DNA of 64,000 bases from positions 32,001 to 96,000 of the forward strand of contig JBDKUN010000065.1 of the NCBI GenBank assembly GCA_039679675.1, in the 5' to 3' direction. Positions within the stretch are counted from its first letter, which is position 1; each line of letters opens with the position of its first letter. The position numbers and the translations under genes are program-made. A model generated the notes under the pieces. The model was not told where the DNA came from and made no database searches. It worked only from the letters and a program-made list of their open reading frames with translations. This document shows, in pieces, positions 10,987 to 19,035 of this stretch. Origin of the DNA: Armatimonadota bacterium. GTDB taxonomy: Bacteria; Armatimonadota; UBA5829; DTLH01.

Positions 10987-11196
10987 TTATCGTAGAATTC
11001 GCCAAATAATCTGTGCAATCCACCACCCAAAAATAACTGCACCCGCACTAATGATACCAACACCTATAGCTATGTATTTCGAGAAGCGTTTCTGCACAGA
11101 TATTGAGATGTATCTAAGCAAAAAACAAGTTGCCCCAAAAACGCATATACATTGTATCAGTAATGCTACAATGATCCTAAAGACTGTATAAGTCAT
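10987..11196 (-). CDS. Small AT-rich two-TM membrane protein (69 aa)
   Basis: Two hydrophobic segments; AAGGA RBS upstream; lies between two family A repeats. Confidence 0.55.
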   Translation of the reverse strand: MTYTVFRIIVALLIQCICVFGATCFLLRYISISVQKRFSKYIAIGVGIISAGAVIFGWWIAQIIWRILR

Positions 11197-11233
11197 AGTA
11201 CGCTATCCTTTATCAACCTAATTCATTAAGGGT

Positions 11234-11278
11234 TGCTTCGGGACCGCAGTTCGTCCCGAAGCACAATTCTCCACCAAT
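11234..11278 (+). repeat. REP-like palindrome family A, copy 2
   Basis: Core identical to 10885-10914, tail caattctccaccaat; abuts the deoB stop. Confidence 0.9.
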
Positions 11279-12457
11279 TCACCCGTTCCCTATTTCCCGC
11301 AAAAAACTCTTTCCGTTTTTCATGTGCGGCAGGGAAAGGGCTTCGGCTATGGTTGCGGCAACATCCGAGAAAGTTTCCCTCACCCCCAGGTCGACACCTG
11401 CTTTAAGCCCTGGGCCAATTACGATAAGCGGGACATATTCCCGGCTGTGGTCGGTGCTCGGCGTAGTAGGATCGCAGCCATGGTCTGCTGTTATTATCAA
11501 CAAATCCCCCATTTCGAGCGCAGTAAGCAGCCTCGGAATCTCCTGATCGAACGCTTCGAGCGCTGCTGCATATCCTTCGGGGTCATTTCTGTGGCCGTAG
11601 CGCATATCGAAATCGACAAGATTCGAGAATATCAATGCGCCCTTTCGGGATTCAACCTCACGAATAGTCACTTCTGTGATCTCGGCATTTCCAGCAGCAT
11701 GTATTGCACGGGTCACTCCACGGCCTGCAAAAATGTCCTCTATTTTTCCTATTGCAACTACTTCCCCACCCTTCTTCTCGACATAATCGAGAAGAGTCTC
11801 TTCCGGCGGGGCCAGCGAAAAATCCCTGCGGCGCGGTGTCCTCGTGAAGCTACCCGGCTCGCCGATAAAAGGCCTTGCTATGACCCTTGCAACGGCGTGG
11901 GGGCCGGAGAGAATGCGCCTGGCGGTCATACACCAGCGGTACAGCTCATTTACCGGCACGATGCCCTCATGCGCTGCAATCTGAAACACACTGTCTGCTG
12001 ATGTATATACTATGGGACTTCCTGTTTTCAGATGTTCAGCACCCAACTGCTCGATTATCACTGTTCCAGAGGCCGGAATATTGCCGAGCGTCTTCCTGCC
12101 TATTTCTTTCTCGAACAGGCCGAGCACATCCTGTGGAAAACCGTTCGGATAGACCGGAAACGGTTGGTGCGTAATGATCCCGGCCAGTTCCCAGTGACCG
12201 ATAGTCGTGTCTTTCCCGGCGGAACGCTCTGCCATTTTACCATAGCAAGCCAGCGGATGAGGGACAGCGGGCACTCCGTCTATATTAATGATGTTACCGA
12301 GTCCCAACCGCTCAAGGTTCGGCAGGTTTAATCCTCCTACGGCTGACGCTATATGCCCGAGCGTATTGCTTCCGGCATCTCCATAGCTCGCGGCATCCGG
12401 CAGTTCCCCTACCCCGAGTGAATCTAGGACGATGATTATAGCACGGGATATTTTCAT
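11279..12457 (-). CDS. deoB: Phosphopentomutase
   Basis: [53 protein letters not shown]. Confidence 0.96.
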   Translation of the reverse strand: MKISRAIIIVLDSLGVGELPDAASYGDAGSNTLGHIASAVGGLNLPNLERLGLGNIINIDGVPAVPHPLACYGKMAERSAGKDTTIGHWELAGIITHQPFPVYPNGFPQDVLGLFEKEIGRKTLGNIPASGTVIIEQLGAEHLKTGSPIVYTSADSVFQIAAHEGIVPVNELYRWCMTARRILSGPHAVARVIARPFIGEPGSFTRTPRRRDFSLAPPEETLLDYVEKKGGEVVAIGKIEDIFAGRGVTRAIHAAGNAEITEVTIREVESRKGALIFSNLVDFDMRYGHRNDPEGYAAALEAFDQEIPRLLTALEMGDLLIITADHGCDPTTPSTDHSREYVPLIVIGPGLKAGVDLGVRETFSDVAATIAEALSLPHMKNGKSFLREIGNG

Positions 12458-12460
12458 AGA

Positions 12461-13351
12461 CTATGCCCTTGGGTGAGATTTTCTATATACTTCACGCAGG
12501 TGGTCGCGCGTGACATGGGTATAGACCTGCGTCGTTGCAATATCTGCATGCCCCAGCATCTCCTGTATCGACCTTATGTCCGCGCCGTGCTCCAGAAGAT
12601 GCGTCGCAAATGAATGCCTGAGCACGTGAGGAGTTATTTGCTTGGTTATCCCTGCAGATTCCGCATGCTTTTTGACGATCTTCCAGAAGCTGACCCTTGT
12701 CATAGGACCGCCGAGGCGCGTAATAAACAAATACTCGTTCCTCCGGCCTTTTGCGAATACCGGTCGGCTCTCGTTCAGATAACGGCGGATCATCCCGACG
12801 GCTATATCGCCTATCGGCACGACACGCTCTTTGGAACCTTTTCCGACACATCTCACAAACCCTACACCCAGGTTCACATCGTTCGTGAGCAGGTTTACAA
12901 GCTCGGACACCCTGAGTCCCGTCGCGTACATCGTCTCAAGCATCGCCCGGTCTCTTATTCCGTTGGGCTCGGACAGGTCAGGCTGGTTTAGGAGCCTGAC
13001 GATATCGTCTTCAGTGAGTATCTTCGGAAGCGGTTTTGCCGGCCGAGGGTTCTCGATAAAACCTGCGGGATCGCCTGAAATATCACCTTCGCGCTGAAGA
13101 AACTTGAGAAATGTTCTAAGAGCAGCGAATTTTCTTTCCACGCTCGCTGCAGCATACTTCTCGCGACGGAGTCTTGCGATAAACTGAGTAATGAGCTCTT
13201 CACGAATGCCTTTGACCGTGTCTACACCCATTTCGTCAGAATATGCGGCAAACTGGGCGATGTCCCGCGCATAGGAAGCTATGGTATTCTCCGAAAGGCC
13301 GCGCTCGACCATAAGATAATCGAGAAATTTCTGAATATGGGCGTCCATCAT
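12461..13351 (-). CDS. xerD: Site-specific tyrosine recombinase XerD
   Basis: RDRAMLETMYATGLRVSEL, GKGSKER, HVLRHSFATHLL, LGHADIATTQVY, HPRA terminus; next to deoB. Confidence 0.93.
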   Translation of the reverse strand: MMDAHIQKFLDYLMVERGLSENTIASYARDIAQFAAYSDEMGVDTVKGIREELITQFIARLRREKYAAASVERKFAALRTFLKFLQREGDISGDPAGFIENPRPAKPLPKILTEDDIVRLLNQPDLSEPNGIRDRAMLETMYATGLRVSELVNLLTNDVNLGVGFVRCVGKGSKERVVPIGDIAVGMIRRYLNESRPVFAKGRRNEYLFITRLGGPMTRVSFWKIVKKHAESAGITKQITPHVLRHSFATHLLEHGADIRSIQEMLGHADIATTQVYTHVTRDHLREVYRKSHPRA

Positions 13352-14985
13352 ATTTTCCGGTAGACCTTTATCGTCGGTGACATATACTTCAGGTCATGCG
13401 GCAGGTTTTCGGTCGGACCGAAGGAGATATTGAAGGCTTTCAGATCTCTTTTGAATACTGCAACCTCTTTGTAAGACTTTTTCAAGCCTTCCAAAAACTT
13501 CATAGCGCTTGGAACCTGCAGCCGAACGGCATCTTCATACTCAAAATCGGTCATTACGATATATTCCGGCATTTCCTCATTCACAATCGACGGGTCCCAT
13601 TCCCCGCCGGGACCGGGGTTGACCTTGATACTGTAGCGCGAGTTAAGCGTCCCCTGAAACCGGTCGCTCCGGTTTACAGCCGTAGAGTCCGGCGAGATCG
13701 GTGGAGTATAAAACCACGGCACAGTCGGAAGCCCGATTGCAGCTGACGGCTTTATATTATCACTGAACCACTGCGCAGCCTGTGTTCTCGTGTCCGGTGC
13801 CAGGAACAGCAGGTCGAAAGATATCGCATAAATGCAGGTATAGCCTACTGCAGCAACGCATATACCGGCCCAGACCCACCTGAGCATCGCCGTCCCCTGC
13901 TCTTTCGCCACCTGGTAGACTTCCACTATCATACGGCCGACGAGTACCGCAAGAGGCGGAAGTATCAGGATCATATAGCGGGCGAACCTTACTTCCGACA
14001 TTGAGATCATCGCGTAGTAAGGAAGCACGAACGACAGTATAAGCCAATCAGCCGGTTTCCGGCGTACTACAGCCAGTGCGACTGCAGCAAGGACCACCAC
14101 AAGCAGAAATACCCCAAGCCCATAACCGAGCGAGTTGGAAAGAATATCGAGCCAGCCGGGACCCTTCCCCACAAACACAAGCCCATGCCCGCTTCCCGCG
14201 TGCCTTAGCTCGTAAGTAAACCCTTCGATGAACCGACCAGGACGAATAAGGACCGCCGGTGTAGAGATAAGAAATCCGGTCAGGAACGAGGGTGCTATCA
14301 TCCAAAACCTAGAGTCTTTCAGCCGCTTCAGGACTGAGACCTTGCCTTCTCTCAAAAAATGAGCCAAGAGAACTGGGATCAGCACAACTCCCGCGTTATA
14401 TTTGGTACCTGCGGCGATACCTGCCACGATGCCTGCCGCAATGTACCATTTAGGAGCCGGTTTTGCGATAATCATCGCTGAAGCAAGTAACGTTACAGCT
14501 ACCCAGAATGCGGCGGGGACATCTACCGTTGCAAAATGAGAGTGAACGATGTGAAGCGGAATGATGGCCATAATGACGGCAGCTAACACGCCTGCCGCAC
14601 GTCCGTAAAGCCGGTTTGCGGCCCCGTAGACGGCCAAAACGGTCAGCGTGCCGAGAATAACGACGGTAAGCCTGGCAATCAGATAGACACTGACAAGCGT
14701 TTTGTCTATCGTTACCCCGTAATACGGCGCGGTATGAACCGCAAGCGCGCCGAGGTTCATATATCCTGACGGATAATTATAGAAACCAGGGTCGAGCTGA
14801 AACGAAAATGGGTCGATCCTCAGCATAGCACCGATCTGGAAGATTTCATCCGGATGGTATGTAAACTGATGAAAAGCGTCGGGCAAACCCCAGTGGATAC
14901 CCCATATACGGAGTACAAACGCAGTGATCGTTATAAAAGTGACTGCAGCAGTCACCCATAGCTTTGCGGCAGGTTGTTTCTTCAT
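13348..14985 (-). CDS. GT-C superfamily (ArnT/PMT-like) membrane glycosyltransferase
   Basis: HPDE loop motif, YNYPS, HSHFATVD, TKY, RY motifs, many TM segments; ATG overlaps the upstream stop (TAATG at 14983-14987). Confidence 0.8.
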   Translation of the reverse strand: MKKQPAAKLWVTAAVTFITITAFVLRIWGIHWGLPDAFHQFTYHPDEIFQIGAMLRIDPFSFQLDPGFYNYPSGYMNLGALAVHTAPYYGVTIDKTLVSVYLIARLTVVILGTLTVLAVYGAANRLYGRAAGVLAAVIMAIIPLHIVHSHFATVDVPAAFWVAVTLLASAMIIAKPAPKWYIAAGIVAGIAAGTKYNAGVVLIPVLLAHFLREGKVSVLKRLKDSRFWMIAPSFLTGFLISTPAVLIRPGRFIEGFTYELRHAGSGHGLVFVGKGPGWLDILSNSLGYGLGVFLLVVVLAAVALAVVRRKPADWLILSFVLPYYAMISMSEVRFARYMILILPPLAVLVGRMIVEVYQVAKEQGTAMLRWVWAGICVAAVGYTCIYAISFDLLFLAPDTRTQAAQWFSDNIKPSAAIGLPTVPWFYTPPISPDSTAVNRSDRFQGTLNSRYSIKVNPGPGGEWDPSIVNEEMPEYIVMTDFEYEDAVRLQVPSAMKFLEGLKKSYKEVAVFKRDLKAFNISFGPTENLPHDLKYMSPTIKVYRKI

Positions 14986-15611
14986 TAGTCCGGGCAACCT
15001 TCCTTTGCTGCTCGTGAGGTTTTCGACTTTTTCGGACACATCGTTAGCTGGATCAGGATAAATATGCCAACAGCCATCAGAACATCGCCAATGCTGAATA
15101 TCCCCGAAAACACCTTTGAAAGCCCACATGGAAGAGCATCCGTAATGAGTTTAGGCACCGGTATAGTATCTCCCAGGAAATTGAATTTTGACCAGGCGCT
15201 ACCAGACATTACGATGTGTCTCATACCTTCTGACCGATTCAATACATCCGCCACTCCCGCTATGGCAGCGGCTTTTTCGGAAACAGGCATCTTTCCAGCG
15301 TTAAGCACTATCGGAAACAGGTTCAACACCCATCCGGCCAGGAACCACTTCATCCCCGGCAGTTTTCTATTCGCCCAGAAAAATACAAGAAACGCAATGC
15401 TCGCGATTATGTGCAGCAGGCCGGTCAGATGGGACCAGAGGATGGTTTTACCTAAATATTTCCCCAACACCATGGAAACGATGATAATGAACGCCGGGAT
15501 AAAGACAAGCCACAGGCTTTTTATCTCCAGATCCGCAAGCCGCCGGAGCCGCCCGCGGCGTATGAGCGCTATTATAATCGAGAGAATACCGGCCTCAAAC
15601 GCCAATTTCAC
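14985..15611 (-). CDS. DUF5317-like membrane protein with signal-peptidase-II-like motifs
   Basis: Hydrophobic; GxxLN...NAGKMPV, FLGDTI, IFSIGDVL; likely start GTG 15611 or TTG 15605 overlapping the upstream gene end. Confidence 0.75.
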   Translation of the reverse strand: MKLAFEAGILSIIIALIRRGRLRRLADLEIKSLWLVFIPAFIIIVSMVLGKYLGKTILWSHLTGLLHIIASIAFLVFFWANRKLPGMKWFLAGWVLNLFPIVLNAGKMPVSEKAAAIAGVADVLNRSEGMRHIVMSGSAWSKFNFLGDTIPVPKLITDALPCGLSKVFSGIFSIGDVLMAVGIFILIQLTMCPKKSKTSRAAKEGCPD

Positions 15612-16293
15612 ACCTGCCTTCATTCTTTTCAAGGACTTTCAAAAATGCATCCACAACTGAAGGATCGTATTTATTACCGAAACCACTTTTTATCTGCAAT
15701 ATAGCCTCTTCCTTCGGCTGAGACTGATGATATGGTCTGTCCGAAATGATGGCATCATAATCGGTAGTTACAGCAAGAATACGTGATGCAAGAGGTATAT
15801 CCTCACCCGACAACCCATCAGGATAGCCGGTCCCATCCCAATGTTCGTGGTGATGAAGGATCGAATCCCTCAAAAATGAAAGCGACGGCACTGCCTGTAC
15901 CATATCCGCACCGAGTGTCGAGTGACTCTTTACTTTCTCCCACTCAACAGGAGTCAGAGGCTCGCTCTTGTTGAGCAGCATTGCCGGAACATTCACCTTC
16001 CCGATGTCCCTCAAAAGCGCGGCATATTCTATCTCCAGCCGTTTATCTGTATCTATCCCCAGCTCATCCGCAACAGCAGTCGCATACTCGGCTACCCTCT
16101 TTGCATGGCCGATGGTACCAGAGTCCCTGGTTTCGACGGCAGCCGCAAGAGCATAAAGCGCCTTTTTGAAGGCTAACTCCATCTTGCGAGGTTGATAGAA
16201 GCTGGAATAATACCAACTTCCAAAGGTTATGATCGCAGCAACAGCCACCGCGATTATAACCGGCGGTGTCCACTGGCTAGCCATTGCCTCCAA
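15595..16293 (-). CDS. Single-TM HD-GYP domain protein with degenerate HD motif
   Basis: ETRD...GH, LRDIGK (H to R), HHHEHWDGTGYP, SDRPY; start ATG 16284 or TTG 16293. Confidence 0.85.
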   Translation of the reverse strand: MEAMASQWTPPVIIAVAVAAIITFGSWYYSSFYQPRKMELAFKKALYALAAAVETRDSGTIGHAKRVAEYATAVADELGIDTDKRLEIEYAALLRDIGKVNVPAMLLNKSEPLTPVEWEKVKSHSTLGADMVQAVPSLSFLRDSILHHHEHWDGTGYPDGLSGEDIPLASRILAVTTDYDAIISDRPYHQSQPKEEAILQIKSGFGNKYDPSVVDAFLKVLEKNEGRCEIGV

Positions 16294-17824
16294 CCCTTAT
16301 CCCCTCCCTGTCGACCATCTTGAGAAATGCATGCACAACATCCGGTGAAAATTGCGATCCGGCGCCTCTTCTAAGCTCGTTGATCGCATCATCGACACTA
16401 AGCGGTTCTCGATATACTCTGCGTTTCGGAGCGCCGCAGACAGGGCATACTTCCGGGCGCTCGCCGTTTTCAGCCTTGAAACCGCATGCATCGCACTCCC
16501 AGTCCACGGACATCTCCCGGTCATCCGTCATAGCATCGAATGCATCCGCAACAGCGATAATTGCGGCCTCCAGCGGAACTCCGCCGTTTTTCACTCCATC
16601 GTCAGGATAACCCGCACCATTTGCCCATTTGTGGTGATACTTTATCCAGTCTACTGTCTGGTTCAAAAAGTCGATATGCTCGACAATTTCTGCGCCTTTT
16701 ACCGGATGCTCTTTGATCTTCGACCATTCCTCATCCGTCAGCTTTCCAACTTTGTCCAGGATTTCCTCAGATACTCCCACTTTTCCGATGTCATGCAGCA
16801 GCCCAGCATAAGGCATAAGCATAATCGTCTCGGTGGAAAGCCGGAGTTCTCTTGCAAGCCGCTCTGAAAGCTCAGCAACGCGCTTCAGGTGCCCTCTTGT
16901 ATACGGATGGTAATGCTGCATATAGGTACCTAATGTGGCGATAGTATCCATATACATTTTCTCTCGCTCGACAGCTCTCTGAACCGCGAGACGGAGTGAA
17001 AGAAACGGCCCAAGCGCAACTAATCCACTCAATATACCGACATGAAGATACAGATAGATCAAAAGGACCGTGACCGGCGGAAGCAGCAGATATTGGCTCC
17101 ATGTCAGGCGGACGCTGCCCAGAAGCAAGATTTTCAACCTCAGGACAAAGCTGTACCAATCACTGCCTTTTTTAGGCGATTGAGGCTCATTTACCAGAGC
17201 TGCAGCAGCGCACCGCGCTTCATCAACTATAAAATATGTAATTATGCCGACTAAAAACGGCAGCGCGGCATGCAGGAAAAGCATGCTGTTTGAAGCGGAC
17301 ATAAAGTACCGCTGATCCAGAACATGCCCCCCTACGCATCTGTACGCAAGAGCTGCAAGTCCCACATTTATTACATCAAGCGCAGTATTGGCGATTATGA
17401 TTTCAAGTGCCCAGAAAAACGGATAATTCGCTCTACCTTCCCAGGCACCCGCTAAAGTCCTGATAATACTGTGAAGGCGGGTCGTTCCGGTATCTGATTC
17501 ATGGTTTTTCAGCCACCTGGCACACACCCATCCGGTAATATTGACGACAGGTAAAGGAATTGCGGCGACGAGCATTGCGAGGACAGGTCCGAACAGCACC
17601 ATTGCAGCCCAATGCATGGGAACGCTTATCGTTACTTCTCCCAAGCCATGCGGCACTGTAATAGGAGTTAGCTCCGACCATATTGCAAGTATTGCAAAGG
17701 CTAATGCCCCTTTCCAGACACCTGCCTCAGGCGGAATCACCCATAGCATTACGACTGCTATAGCCACCGCGGTCACTATCGATCCGCGGTAAAATAGATG
17801 AAACGACCTCTTACTACTTGCCAT
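16277..17824 (-). CDS. Multi-TM sensor plus HD-GYP phosphodiesterase with rubredoxin-like insertion
   Basis: Several hydrophobic segments, LLHDIGK, EHP, HHK..GAGYP, ADAFDAMT, inserted CDAC-x12-CPVC. Confidence 0.88.
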   Translation of the reverse strand: MASSKRSFHLFYRGSIVTAVAIAVVMLWVIPPEAGVWKGALAFAILAIWSELTPITVPHGLGEVTISVPMHWAAMVLFGPVLAMLVAAIPLPVVNITGWVCARWLKNHESDTGTTRLHSIIRTLAGAWEGRANYPFFWALEIIIANTALDVINVGLAALAYRCVGGHVLDQRYFMSASNSMLFLHAALPFLVGIITYFIVDEARCAAAALVNEPQSPKKGSDWYSFVLRLKILLLGSVRLTWSQYLLLPPVTVLLIYLYLHVGILSGLVALGPFLSLRLAVQRAVEREKMYMDTIATLGTYMQHYHPYTRGHLKRVAELSERLARELRLSTETIMLMPYAGLLHDIGKVGVSEEILDKVGKLTDEEWSKIKEHPVKGAEIVEHIDFLNQTVDWIKYHHKWANGAGYPDDGVKNGGVPLEAAIIAVADAFDAMTDDREMSVDWECDACGFKAENGERPEVCPVCGAPKRRVYREPLSVDDAINELRRGAGSQFSPDVVHAFLKMVDREGIRVGGNG

Positions 17825-17953
17825 TCAAACCATGTGGGCTGTCTAGAGCTTAATTTCGATGCTAGAGCAATGGCTCTAGTCTATAGTATGCCATCTTTGA
17901 AGCGTAACCTCTATCGGTAAAGACGGCGAATATTTTAGCATAATAATAAAATT

Positions 17954-18240
17954 ATTGAGCCAACGGCAGCGACAGTTTTATTTCAGGAACTGCTGTGTAC
18001 CTGCATACATCCATCAGTTCAATAATTGTAAACTATGGTGGTGGCCACTGTCTCCATGTGGCTCCGCAGGTTGCAGCCAGTGTCGCCAATGCGATCAGTA
18101 CCTTGAACAGGCGTTTCATGTTTTTCAACCCCTTTCGCGTGATACTACCCCTTACCGCTCAGATGGGGTGCATTCATCGCTTCGCTCGGGTTGACTTTTC
18201 CGCTCATTTTTGGATCTGCCGCTCGCGCCGTTGGCTCAAT
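17954..18240 (-). promoter_or_regulatory. Long-range inverted repeat enclosing the small peptide gene
   Basis: attgagccaacggc (17954-17967) is the exact reverse complement of 18227-18240; pairing extends about 8 bp past a 3-nt bulge with a G-U pair on the minus transcript. Confidence 0.75.
18033..18119 (-). CDS. Unannotated 28-aa secreted peptide precursor MKRLFKVLIALATLAATCGATWRQWPPP
   Basis: AAAGGGG RBS then ATG; basic N-region, hydrophobic core, GA, short Trp-rich tail; same strand as flanking genes. Confidence 0.8.
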   Translation of the reverse strand: MKRLFKVLIALATLAATCGATWRQWPPP

Positions 18241-18247
18241 TTGAAAA

Positions 18248-18901
18248 CTATTCTTTAGTTATCAATGTGGTTCGCCGGTTAATGGCATCCAGTGTAGCAT
18301 TAACCACAGCTTTCCATAAATCCTGCCTGACTATCGCGGAACCTGTTAAATAATCATCCCCGCGGTTCGTGACAAAATTGATCAATACTACAACAATATT
18401 CTTTCCGGCAAGATTGACTCCTGTGGTCATGTCTTCGACTACCATAGTACCGTCAGCCGCGCCTGCATCTTCGACCGCGCGCAGCGTTGCAGTCGCAATG
18501 AGCTTCATCTGGCTACTGCTCGAGCTTAAGCCCGTAGCAGTTCCCGTGTAAGCCACACCGTCTCTCCCTAAATGGACCGTAGCCTCTGCTCTGCTCCCTT
18601 CAAGAGAGATCGAAACGTCTGAAAACTTTAATCTGCCCTGCTCCTTTTTCTCATTACCCTGAAGTTGAGCTACGCTGACCTTTCGATGATCCAGCTGGAC
18701 GCCAAGTTTGGCCATAACCGCCGATTCGATGTCACGCACAACCTGTTTTGGGGCTCTACTTGCTTCCGTCAGAACGTGAATCTCCTCGATCTCTCCATCA
18801 TCGCCGGAAACTACCCGCGCAGATATCACATCGCGCAGCCGGCATATAACGGACTCAACATCAATCAGGTCGTCGATATTTTCTTTTCTTTCGACTGCCA
18901 T
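18248..18901 (-). CDS. Conserved cytoplasmic protein (PKQVVRDIES motif), C-terminal half resembling the LeuA allosteric domain
   Basis: EIHVL...PKQVVRDIES...DHRKVSVAQL; duplicated beta-beta-beta-alpha pattern ending AVVNATLDAINR; AAAGGAG RBS. Confidence 0.7.
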   Translation of the reverse strand: MAVERKENIDDLIDVESVICRLRDVISARVVSGDDGEIEEIHVLTEASRAPKQVVRDIESAVMAKLGVQLDHRKVSVAQLQGNEKKEQGRLKFSDVSISLEGSRAEATVHLGRDGVAYTGTATGLSSSSSQMKLIATATLRAVEDAGAADGTMVVEDMTTGVNLAGKNIVVVLINFVTNRGDDYLTGSAIVRQDLWKAVVNATLDAINRRTTLITKE

Positions 18902-19035
18902 TCTCCGCTCTCCTTTCGCCGCTACTTCCTTAAAGCGGCGCCCTCTCTTTTCCTCGCTTCGCCATTCGTGACTTTTATCGTCCGAATGGTCCTTTGCCTG
19001 AAAACCGGCTATATAATTCTTGCACCGTTCTTCAG

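Noticed and set aside
12461..13351. XerD as an island or integron integrase
   Set aside because: Canonical XerD length and motifs, deoB linkage, and no IntI-specific insertion
18917..19000. Possible c-di-GMP-I riboswitch upstream of the HD-GYP cassette (GGCAAA..CCATTCG, two hairpins)
   Set aside because: Lacks the GNRA tetraloop and the GACGCAAAGC junction. The hairpins are real but the family is not supported without an Rfam/Infernal scan.
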